NCBI GenBank assembly: GCA_045837725.1
Contig: JBEWZL010000202.1
Coordinates: 186,001 to 250,000 of the forward strand
Length of the DNA stretch: 64,000 nt
Reading direction: 5' to 3'
Source: Vermamoeba vermiformis
Lineage: Eukaryota
Below the pieces are notes generated by a model that ran no database searches, was not told the DNA's origin, and worked only from the letters and a program-made list of their open reading frames with translations. Numbering within the stretch: the first letter of the stretch is position 1; each line of letters starts with the position of its first letter. Position numbers and translations under genes: made by a program. Below, piece by piece: positions 38,744 to 50,819 of the stretch.

Positions 38744-38856
38744 ATAACTCACTTTAGAAAATTAGTAAAAATTTGTACATATTTAGATCTCGAGCGGATC
38801 TTGCGCAGCCGTTAAACGTAACGAATATTAAAGGTTTAATTATAAAACAAATCTAA

Positions 38857-40516
38857 TTACAACATCCAAAACAAGACCATGCCGCCGAACAACCAAATCA
38901 CCATCAATGCCCAAGCACCGAAAAACACGATCTTCTTCCACCTGCGGAAAATAGATCCATTAGCTCAAGGGTTATAATACCATTAATATAATACTTACTT
39001 ATCACTATCTAATTGACCAGCAAATAATCCACAGCCAACAATAAAGCCAGTAATCAAACCGCCAAAACTACGAAAAATTTTTTTGTTAGTAATGATTCGT
39101 TATTAATATTATGATACGTACTGCGCTGCATTATCAACATAAGCAGAAAATCCAAACAAAAATGTGACGCTAATCCAAATCAAACTTTGAGTCAGCGCCA
39201 TTCTTCGTTGATTCGGATCCGTCTTTTGCCACGTCAAAATTGTTTCAGCCAAGTAACCGCCCATCATGCCCATCTATAATTATTAATATAGGTCCCTAGT
39301 ATATATAAAATATAACTTACCAAGGCCCCAGAAGCACCGACGGAGATGGATCCGGGGTTCAAAAGACACGACATCAACGAGCCTCCAACACCCGATGACA
39401 AGTACGTCAGCACGAACAACACCGTGCCCCATTTACGTTCAAGATACAAACCAAAACGAAGCTATATTAAATAAGTTAATGAGTCACTAGGTAAATGTGC
39501 TCGTTCGGATCAAGATCCGTGAAAAAATTATGCGTGCACAAAAACGATAAAAATAGCGTCAATTATTTAACAACTAATAGTATCGATTTGAATACATATG
39601 TTATATTATTATAGATGGATCTGGGTCGAAGAAAAATTTTTGCAAAGGTTTTGGAAGGGTTAGTACACGTACCTGAGCCAGCAAATTGACGAGCAAATGC
39701 AAAATTCCCGCGTGCAAAAATATCGGCGTGATAAATCGCCAAATTTGGCCTTGTTTGATGAGTGCTGCGGACTTGGCTCCGAGTTTAATGAATGTGTCCG
39801 TGCCTGGACCGATCGCTGGGTTCTCTGAAAGCGGAATAATTCCTCCCATAGCTAGAGCTACGATCAACATGACGATCTAAATATAGCACATATTAATTAT
39901 CATTTTTTTAAATCGAGATCCAGCGTCATGAACAGATCGAATCTTCAAAAATTATTTTGAACGATGAAATTAATAAATTACTCTATTAATATTTATAATT
40001 AACTTACTTGCACGAATGAAATAGGGACGCAAAATGATTTGAGGCTTTTGAAATATTCAGATCTACGCTCAGAGCCACAAGGATTGACGCAGCAAGGACA
40101 ACACATCAATAAGAATGTACGACCACCTCCTGTAGCTGGTGCGTGCTTGACTTCACCGTTCATATCGATGTAGCCGATCTGTCAATTTTATGAGAACTTT
40201 TCACGTCATACCAAAGCATTAATAACGATAGAAAAATAAAATAAAATATTTAACCATCAAATAAATCATTATTTTCGCGATGATATTGATTTTGAAGCGA
40301 ATGTAATTAAATTGGAATTTTCGAAAAATCTAAATCCGATTGGATTCGCATTGATCGGCTCAATATAATTACCTGTGGTTGTGTAGAATATGTATATCCA
40401 CTTTCTTCATCGCCAACAGGATAAGGAGGTTGTCTTGGACCTCTGACCCAATCATTGGGCAATGGTCTCGTGTTCTCGGTCCTTTCTAGGTCTTGAAGCG
40501 TTCTTATATTCGACAT
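38857..40516 (-). CDS. Rhomboid intramembrane serine protease
   Basis: GQIWRFITPIFLHAGILHLLVN, SVGASGALMG (catalytic Ser) and VDNAAHFGGLITG (catalytic His). Confidence 0.95.
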
Positions 40517-40844
40517 GCTTAATAATAAGTTTATGTACAAGAATTGTGCTCAGTTGATTATTTACAAAGTTGTCAATAGGGCACGCAATGCGGTTATTTA
40601 GCTCTACCAATTACAACACGCACACAACACCAATGATATTATTTTAATTAATTAGTTGACTGCGGAGGAAAAAAAATACCTGGCTTTGGAGGTCCAAAAG
40701 GATCAGCAGTAGGCAATTTTTTGAAATCAAATCTGCAGACAAGAAAGAAATTTAATTTATTTGTATTTTATGTTAGGCTACTACAATGCATACAATACGA
40801 GTACGTTAACTAGTGCATGGATTTAAGGTAAGATTTTAAATCAA

Positions 40845-42333
40845 TTAATAATACTCAATTTGCAAATTCTTGTTATTAGTTGCCCCTATAATTTTCTGCC
40901 CCACTAATTTGACGATTTCATCGCGCAAATACATTAAATTATCGGGCACAATATCTGCTTCGGTGGGATCTGAATCGTTGTTCCATCTCGCGGTCCAAAT
41001 AGTTGCTTGCTTCTGTAATTCTTCGAATTGCCGGATTTGGGTAGGATTATCGACCCTTTCTAATAGCACTCCACACCAATTGGCAGCTAAAATCAAGATC
41101 AGTTCCGGATGGACCATTTTTTTTAGATTCGCTTACCACCGATTGCCTCGACGACTGTATTAGCGTGAGCCACAATAGCTGGAAGAAATCGAGCAGGAGG
41201 GTAGTACATGAAAGAGACTACAAGGCTCGATTGAGGCGAAAGCTCTGCCGGAAGCGCATCTACGACTTCCATTTTTGGAACTAATCCATACTGCGATAGA
41301 TGGTCGCGTACTGCGTTAAACAGAACATCAATTGACTTGGTATTCATAGCACACGTCTTCTTATCAAAGTAGACAGTAAATTGTCGCGAGAGGTTCTGGT
41401 ATTGAATCTGCTTCTGCTTTTCTTGCCGAATTTTTTCTTCGCGAAGTCTTTCTTCTGCTTCTTGTCGCGCCCTATCTTCTTCTCGTTGTCGCTTTAATTC
41501 TCTTTCGCGTTCTTTTTCTCGTTCTCTTTGTTGCCGTTTTTCTTCTTCCTCGTAAGATCGCTGTTGGTACGCTTTTCTTTCCAGATCTCGGAGCTTTTCT
41601 TGCAAGGCCGCATTATCTGAAACAAGATTCTCCACCTTATTCAAAAGGTTATTGGCCAACTTGTGGAGCTCTTTAACTTCTCCTTCGAGTCGTGAAATGG
41701 TTGCCGCTGAATCCAGTCGTGTTGCAAAAATATTGCCAGTTGTAACTACGGGGATGCTAGTAGCGTGGAAGCCTATATAGTGGCCAAGTTAAATATATTA
41801 ATATAGATCTATTTATTGAAAAGTTCATGTAGCGTACTTTTTGGATTTGGAAGTCTGTCCAAATCTTTCAACGAATGCTGAACAAACGTCCGCAAGCGAG
41901 CTCCATAGGCATCAACGATAGCTTGCATTTCTACCAGTGAGTTTGCGTTTTCCAATTTCTATAATAAACGAAATTAATTCTTTATGAAACTTGGATGTAG
42001 ATGCATGACAACTTACTTCGATTATTTTAGCGTTTTCCAATTCCATAAATGATTGAAAATTATCAGCGGGTTGATAGACAGCCTTGTTTTTTGAAGCCTT
42101 CGAATACCACGGTTTCTTTTCGAATTGCTGCGTCAGTTCATTTTTGAACTCTGAGAAGATCTCTTCGCCTAAGTTTGTGGCGTTATGCTGATACATGCAT
42201 CTAAAATTAATATATTAATACATATTTTGAAAAGACTTAATGCTTACATTACTTGTGTGCGGAAATCCCAATTCAGTGCATCCGATGAGGAAGTCAAAGA
42301 TTTGCCCACTCCGTCATATCTTTTGGAACTCAT
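40845..42333 (-). CDS. Protein of unknown function with a central charged coiled coil and a C-terminal alpha/beta domain
   Basis: The exons join in frame from MSSKRYDG..; there is an E/R/K/Q-rich helix, and the protein ends NLQIEYY*. Confidence 0.7.
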
Positions 42334-42699
42334 AGCAATATCAGCTCGCAGGTGATTTGTTTGTGGTTTTAAGTTTCAACGTTTGTTCAGAATTAACCAA
42401 AAAAAAACTGCGTCTAAATTTATGGCTGTTGAGAATGCGCAATTCTTTTATGATAAACTTATTCTTTTATGCTTCTATGGCAATAATACTGCGAGCTAAC
42501 TAATTAAGAATACGATTCTACCTAGGCTTTAATACATGACACATTCAAACTCATGCTAGTCCGAATTCTTTTCCGGCCTCTTTCTGATTGGTCAGAATTC
42601 TGTGAGCACGTGGTCTGCAGCATAAAAGAAATTCAAGTTCAGCGTGTTCAATTCAACAACTTTCATAAGTTCTAAGCGCAGCAACAAACAAACCTCACT

Positions 42700-45409
42700 C
42701 ATCGGAAAATTGATTCAGGCGGCCCTTCGCAGATCGAAAAGGTCCTTTACCGTTTATTGGAAAAGATTAAAGTATTCCTATTCGTAAGTGTATATATACG
42801 TTGTTATTATTCATTGCATTAACTCTATCTTATCCAAGCTTGTTGACGGATCGGGTTCTGTTCCACCTACCGGATTCCAAACAATGATCAATACCGTGCG
42901 AAGTATTGCCAATCGCATTAATATAGATCATTGCTATATTGGTGTATTCCAATACTCGACTAAGGTTACTCCTTCGTGCACGCCGACCTCAAACTTAAAG
43001 CAGTTTCATCAAGCGCTGGACAGTAAGTTTATTAAAAAAAAAAAGTTGAAAGAATAGCTCATAATAATTCTTTTAGGCATGATTCAAGACCGACAAGGCA
43101 ATGAGGAGGCTTTGGCATTAGATGCTGCCGTCAAAGCTTTGAAAGAATGCCCGTTGACTGGAGAACGGCTTATCATTCATTTGACCGATGGAGGCTTGAT
43201 GGGCTCGTGGAAAGCAGCCGCTACCAATATCAAGTATACTGAGAAGGTAAAAATGCTTCTGAAAACAATCTTAAATTAAATTTAATTTGTGTCAATTTCA
43301 GATCCAAATTATGAGCATCGGTGTTGGTGAGCACATTGACGCTCATAATATCCGCGAATTCGCTAGCCCAGAGCTCGCTTTCTTCGTCAAGGACTACCAA
43401 GAATTGCAAAAAATGTTTCAATTCTTGGATTTGGCTCCGTTGCCAGCTCCAGTCTTGAAACCTGTGCACGAGAAGAAGGTCGACGCTCGTGAGATCCACT
43501 TGGAGTTGGAAGCGTATCCCTTAGCTGCGGATGTGAAGGGATATCACGTTGAAGTCGTTGAGTCCTCTGCATCGGAATGGAGATCCGCCGGATTCAGTCT
43601 TAGTAAGTTTGCACAAATTAAGTCTTTTCTATAAAATTGTAAATATATGCAATAGAAATATTTCTAACAAATTTCCCACTACAGAGCCAGCGATTAGTGT
43701 CAAGGACAATATTCGACCAAACACTACGTACACTGTGAGAACCTACGTAGAGCTCAAGAACGGTCGGGTTAGCACTCCAAGCAACGAAGTCACCGTCACT
43801 ACTTTGCCGCCGAACCCGCACACTTCGGTCGTTAAAAACCTTCCTGCTGCAGTCGCTGCTCGAATCAAAGACTGTCAAGAGTTTACATTCTGCTCTGCCT
43901 CTGTGACTATGGGCATGGACAATTACAATGCTTTGATTGCTGGTGTTCCTGGTGCTGGTACGTACCAACAACAACAATAATAATATCTAGTTAAAGTTGA
44001 GCTCAAACTAAATACTTTGCTTTCTTTCCTAAATAGGCAAATCATCCACCATGACAGCTGTCAACTCAATGTTGTGTGGCAAATATCAGCCGTGCGGTGC
44101 TAACGGTGAAGTCAACGAGACTTTGACACGTGTCGTGACTGAATTTGAAGCACTGAAAAAATTGTCTGTGATTGATACTCCGGGCATTAGAGATGAAAAT
44201 TTGAAGCTCTACGAGAAGCATCTCTACTACGGCGGTGTGCCTGCTGGTTACGACGAGAGAAATCCCGATTTCACCAAAATTAGAAATGTCGATCAGATCC
44301 CGATCCAAGAGCAAGTTCATTGCGTGGTGCTTGCCGTTAGCTGCGAAACACTTGTCGATGCTCATATCATGACGATGCTCAAACAGCAATACGAAATTAT
44401 TTTGAGTAAGGATAACAGGAAAAATCCCATAGTTACGAAAAACTAATATTTTAATTTTCTCAGAACAAGGTCGTAATTGCATCATTTTGCTCACTAAGGT
44501 CGATAAAGTTGACGCGCGCATCAAATTGAGCGAGCCTGCCACTTTGTCGTTGGTCTACGAGAGCGGTATTGTAATGAATTTCCGCAAGAGCTTGGCGACT
44601 CATTTGGGCTTGAACGTCGATTGTGTCTTGCCTATTGTCAGCTACAACGGTAATTATTAGCTTAATTTTCTAACTGCGCAAATAATTCGAAATTAACGTA
44701 AAATGTTTTTTAGCGCCTATGAACCCAATTCCTTGGGTTAGCATGTTGCACTTGGATTGGATCGAAAAAGCCCTCCAAATGTCTGATGGCTTCTGCTCGA
44801 CATTTTTGTCTGTCGAAAAGTCAAAGCGTTTGAAAGTACGTTTCGACTAATTAAGCTAAAAGATTCATGAAAACTAATCATGAAAACTATTCACAGAAAA
44901 CATACTTGTCAACAGACGAGCTAATGGCACAAATATTCAAGGATAAATTGGCTGTTACCGGAGCTACTTCCGTTGTTCCGGCGCCAACCAATTATTCCGC
45001 TTCACCTGAGGCGGCATCTACCTCTCCCGCACCAACGCCTGCCACTGAATCGCGTGGCTCAGGTACTACGACTACTGTAGCTTCTTCTGCACCTGGTACA
45101 GCAGCAGTAGATGATAGCGCCGAATACGAAATTTTGATTCGCCGTGAAGAAGATCCAGCGGATGATTGGTCGTCAATCTACTTGCGTAACAGCGACAGAA
45201 CAACTGTGGCACTAAAGGCCGCTATTTGCGAGAGATACCCTCCCCGAACTCCCGCCGCAATTGTTAAGGTTGTAGAAGAACGCAAGGTTGGCGCAAACAC
45301 GATCAACAAGAAGGTCGAGTCGAATCAAGACGTTGGTCATCTGATCAACTCTGCAATGAAGGGCAACATGGTCTTCGTGGTCGTTTCGTTCAGCGTTGTT
45401 AGCAAATAA
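42700..45409 (+). CDS. VWA + FN3 + IFI44-like P-loop GTPase + C-terminal beta-grasp-like domain protein (start codon uncertain)
   Basis: FLVDGSGSV / HLTDG / IGVG (VWA with MIDAS); GYHVEV..IRPNTTYTVRT..SNEVTVTT (FN3); GVPGAGKSS, IDTPG, QVHCVVLAV, LLTKVD, VYES and VLPIVSY (IFI44-type GTPase). Confidence 0.85.
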
Positions 45410-45667
45410 TTGTATTTTACGCTACGGAAATAAATTTGAACCGATCCTCCGTTCACAGTACTTCGCTTTGCTATGCATAAAACGTTGACGGAAAAGATTA
45501 CCGGACAATCAAATTCCCATGGATTGTCTGTTTTCGCAATTAAAAAAGGACTGGCCATAAGTCAGTTTGTTTTTTTAATCTGAAAAGTTTATTACGTTAA
45601 GAAATATAAATAATCTACAAGTGATAATACAACCGCTCCAAGCTTTAGTCGACTGAGTATAAATGAA

Positions 45668-48600
45668 TTAGATACCTCCTTTAAGCAATATTATTAGTCA
45701 CTACTTACGTAATTTTCGCTTGAGTTCAGCGTTTTCGTCTTCAAGATCTTTGACTTTACGTCGCAAGCGTTCAAGATCATCAGTCGTGGTGTTCTCACTC
45801 AGATGATATGATGAGTGCTGCATAGACGTAGTCATATTACGACCGTGTGCCTTCTTAGTATCAGATTTATCTATAATAGTAATATTAGAAATGAACTTTT
45901 GTGCGTTGATCTAGATCCGAATCTACTTACCGGCAAAAGAGTAATAAATCTTAGGCAAGAAAATGATAGCAATCGATGAATATAGACCCCATAGAATAGC
46001 AACAGTTCTATTAAATTACTTGGTTAGTGAAAAAAGTCAAGCGTGGATCCGCTCAAGTTGTCATTACCTAAAAAGGAAATCCAAGTATCTGTCGGGGATG
46101 CGAATGATGTACAACACGAGCAGTACGAGCGCTGCAAAGCACAAGTTATATAGACCGATGAGAATGTACTTGGACTCGTTGTACTCGGTCTTCACATTGC
46201 GACCAATCAAGCCCATGATCAACGTGAACAGAATGATCAGACCCTAATAATAGCATTACTATCATATAATATATGACCATATATATCGACTATAGTACTT
46301 ACGTTGTACGCAATGAGAGTGATTGCAAATGGCATTTCATTTGTTGCATCGCACACGTGGTAGTTGTGGATCGGTCTGAAACGATGAATTTGCATTAGTA
46401 CTTGCTATCATATAGTCTTATATATATATATATATGTACAAGTAACATACCTAGTAACATCAGGCACGACAGTGATGGCCCAAGGAGGATAAATCGCTGA
46501 CCACAAAACCATCACGATCTGTTGTTTGACGCGTTAGTCGACGAGATCCACAAAGACTATACTGCATAATATCGCTTATACTTACAACACTCGCGGAGAT
46601 GATGACAGCCATGATCTTCAAACCAAACTTCCAGTCCAAGACGTAGCTGGGAGGTCGCTTCTTGCCTTGGATCAACCACACTCGGTACATCTTGACAAAG
46701 TAGACACTAGGACACGATAATGTTAATACCGATATTTTTCATATAATAGTATGTTATAGCGCAGTACCTGAAGAGCGTTGTGAAGCCAATCACGAACAAC
46801 CAGTAACGCGTCAAACAGCCCCCGTTGTCGACTTCCAAAGTCCAGAAGAAGACTACATAGTACGTTATTAGTATGATATAATCAATAGTAAGGCAATGAG
46901 TAAATGTATTAAACTTACTAGAGCCGAAGACCAATGAAGTTCCGAACAAGCAAATGGCGCACAAGACGACTGAAGCGGTGGCAATTGGCGGTCGTTTTCT
47001 CCACACGCACATCATAATGATCTGTAGTATAATACATTAATTACAAGAACGAAGCTCGCACGTAGTTAACAACGAGAAAGAATTGGTCAGATCTGACACT
47101 TTGACACGTGTCACAAGATGTCATTGCCAAACTACATTGACTGATTGTAATAATATGGTACTTACTAAGGTCCAGCAGACAAGGAAACCAACGCCAGCGA
47201 CAACAATCAAACCAAGCTCAGCACCTTGAGCGTACCATTGGAAGTTTTCAACGCGCTCGTTCCAAGTGGGCATCGGATACACCACTAAAAACACGACATT
47301 AGCACTATAGTATATTAATATAAACTATATTTCGTACCATCGACTGCTTGTGAGGCCAATGGCGTTACAACTTGCACGGTGTTGTTGACGTCAAACTGCG
47401 TCGTGACACCCAAATACGAGGCCAATTGACCAGTTGCAAATTGCAACAGACCGTAGAAACTAACGTCATTGACCTGAGACCGACAGTTAGATTACGTATA
47501 TACCATATGAGTCCTATAATATTATATAGTAGTGTTAGACGTACTCGTGACAAGTGCTCGTTCACATCATCAAGATTTAACGTGCCCGCGCGTTCGAAAG
47601 CTAATTGCAAAGCCATTCCTCCTGCGTACTGCGCTGCTGCTTGATAACTAAACGAAAATAAACTTAATAAAATTATTCCATAATTAAATTATGTTTTTTT
47701 CTTCTGGGATCAGATCCACGATTGCTAATTAATAAATTAATTTAGTCTTATTACCTTGGTTCGACGCCAAATTCTTTTACGAATGCCTCGTAAAATAATT
47801 GAGGGCTCTGCTCGGAATCAGTGCTCGGGAAATGTTGAACTGAAAGCTCGCCAGTCTCAGAATAAAATCGACCAGTAAGTTGTCTGTTCCATTGGACAGG
47901 ACCCATAACGTATCTACATAAATGTTAGTATTAGGTATGAAAATTAATTAGGAAATTAGTTACCTTCCATCGTCGCCAAGGGCAGAAACGTATTGACTGG
48001 GCGTAGCTAAAAATAGATCGCGGTTAGAAAGCGTTTAATTGCGCCGGAATTATTGTAGATCTATATTTAAAAATTACTACGTACCGACACAAATTGAAAC
48101 AACGAAGGCTTTCGCTGAAAAGTTGAGCTCTTTGCACTGACGGATGAATTCTTGGCAACCGACGTCGTAGACTGCGGCAAGCACAAAATCTAAATATGAT
48201 ATTACTCCGTTAGTGCGTCGTTAAATTTACCTGCTGAATATAAATAGATTCATCAAAGTTATGAAATTGAATGGATTTGGGATCGAAGTAAAGTATAACC
48301 ACGTAATCAATATAAAATGGGACCGTATCAATATATGCCGATCTATTGTCATGATAACATACCAGGATTCTTATCTTTGAGGTCCAAGACTACGTTTCTA
48401 ATGTTTTGACGAACGGTATCGTCCAACAAGCCGATCCTCGGGATCGAAGTATTATAAACAATTGAAATAGCATTATCTGTAGCTGCGTTTAGCCCTCCGG
48501 AATGGAAGAACCTAATTTCATGATTATTAATACGCTTTTAAAGTGGATGCCAATATTACAATATTTTTTTGTACACGAATCACAATCAGTTCAATTTAAA

Positions 48601-49507
48601 TAACCCCAATATTATAAATCGATTATAATGATACTTACACTGTCGCTCCAGAGTCTTCAAAGAACGCTCCGACGGATCCAGCGCCCTTGATCTTCATCAA
48701 TTGGACAGCAGGAGGAAAGAACGCAGTGGATCCCGACAGCATGCCGTATAAATATCGAAATCTGCGTCCTTGAGTCGTTGTGCACGGGTACAACATGCTT
48801 TTGTCGCATGCGTAAAGGTTTTCGGTGCTTGCTCCGGCTATTTAACGAATCCAGTAAATTTCAGTTACAGATTCAAGCGTAAATTGGATTCTTTTGTGTA
48901 TAGATATACAAGGTCACGCGCATTATTTAATATGAATATTTTGGTTATTGATCAAGATTTGCAAAACGTATACTGCATGTCGGATTTAATAACATACCTG
49001 CAATTGAAATAATGCCAGCAGGCTCGCTAATATTCGCGGCGTATCCCGTTAGGTCGGAGCTATATGGCGAGAATATGGCATGAATAGTGCCGTAAGTTCC
49101 GTTGACAATCGCTCGGATGGCAGCTTTAGTGTTATTTTGCAACGCCGAATCTGTCGTGCCGCCACAATCCACTAAATATAAACGTCATTAATATACCATT
49201 ACGCTAATTAAATCGAAATTACGCTCGATCTGGTTTGGAATATCGTATAATTTAATAAACGGTTTTTATTGGATCGGAGCGACTTACTCTGAATGATTTC
49301 AACTGGATATTTGACGCCATTAATATTAAATCCACCACGCGCATTAACATTTTTTTGCCATAACAACGTTGCATTAAGCACTGAATTAGCAAGCGAGCTG
49401 TATTTTCCGGTCAATGGTTGCGGGACTGCAATCCGGATGTTGTCGCTGCAAACGAGGCCGCAGAGTAGCCCTAATACTACTACTATTAACACCTTTATGG
49501 CGCTCAT
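45668..49507 (-). CDS. Class C (GABA-B/Grl-like) GPCR with a periplasmic-binding-protein-type ectodomain
   Basis: Signal peptide; IAVPQPLTGKYS..VNARGG and SPYSS (LivJ-like); TM region with FVKMYRVWLI, YNESKYI and FLPKIY; coiled-coil tail. Confidence 0.9.
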
Positions 49508-49789
49508 ATTGCTATGCGTATTTAAACAAGATTCGAAAATAGCTTCAAAAAAGTGATGACGAGCTGTCAATGATGTAACCTTTTTTTAATCGCCCAGTCC
49601 CATTCGATCCTCGAACGGTCACATATGTCAAAAACAATAGGACTAGTTGCAAACGATCAGATCTGTCGTCAACAAGGTAAATCCGGTTGAAAAATTGCAT
49701 TCGAAAGCCCGCGTTCGGAAATTTAGTTCTAAATCACTCTTATCGCACAATTATAGTGAATACCACGTATAAGTTAATTTGTGCGCGTA

Positions 49790-50666
49790 ATGAGCGTTAT
49801 ACAAATGTTTTTATATGTTGTTTTGGTGCTATTAGTTGTCCTCGTCATAGATTTGGCGTTGATGCGCAACAGAATATTTAAAAATGGTAGTTATATCGTG
49901 CCAACAGCAGAGGATATTGAAGTAAGGATTAAACAGTTCACAAATAAAACGAGAACGAGAGAGGATGTAGCAAAAAGATTTCTGAAGGTAAAAACGCTTA
50001 GATTTGCAACCAAAAATTAAAAGAAGTGTTAATAATAATATATGTTGCTTATAGGTTCGAAAATATAATGTTTCAGAAGCAACAAAACTCTATGAAGCGA
50101 TTTCAAAATTAGAGCCAGGAGATCTGCTCTTAGAAAATCCGATTCAATGTTCAAACTTACAAGGCGGCACTCACTTTATAACTAGACTGCGTAGTCTGCA
50201 AGCCAGAGTATTCTCCGTTGTTACACAAAGCCCCATCCAACACGTCATCTCTTACGTCGGCAATGAGCAGGTCATTCATACTCGTAATGGTAGAGTCCGC
50301 GTAGATAATATTATAGACGACTTTCCTATATATTTTTTGGAGAGTTGTAGCGTTCTGAAAGCCAACAAAAATGAGATCGAATCTGCAACCCAAAAAAAAT
50401 GGAAAACTGAGCTCTGGCCAACAATCGAGTCCTCCTTACGCAAATATACGACCAATGGCACGACGGATACTATTGGAATAATGTTAACTCCGCTGAAAAG
50501 ATGGTTTTGGAACACGCCAGATTCGAGCAACGAAAAAGCCTTTACTTGTACCTCGTTAGTTATCGAAGCATGGCGCAGAGCAGGTATTGAATTGTTTTCT
50601 ACAATGGGTCCTAGCTGCACATATCCCTCCGACTTCATTTCCTTGCCGTACTTCACCCAAATCTAG
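49790..50666 (+). CDS. Permuted papain-like NlpC/P60 (YaeF/YiiX-like) enzyme with an N-terminal TM anchor; 2 exons
   Basis: LEPGDLLL ... SPIQHVISYVGNEQVIH ... Y ... FTCTSLVIEAWRRAGIEL ... YPSDF, with His before Cys. Confidence 0.85.
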
Positions 50667-50819
50667 CCGTTATGTACAAATCTACTTGTAAGTATGTAAA
50701 TTTCTTTGTTAACACTATTATTTCCTCAATCTACTTTACACCCTTTCATTGTACAATGTACTAGTGCGTCTTCATCTAAAAATAATCCTCCAATCAAATT
50801 TCAACAAGAATTTTTTCAG

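Noticed and set aside
36725-40516. Rhomboid and the adjacent TM-anchored repeat protein as an enzyme-substrate pair
   Set aside because: Only adjacency supports it, which is weak evidence in a eukaryotic genome.
46418-46436. (TA)n microsatellite in a GPCR intron
   Set aside because: Short and ordinary.
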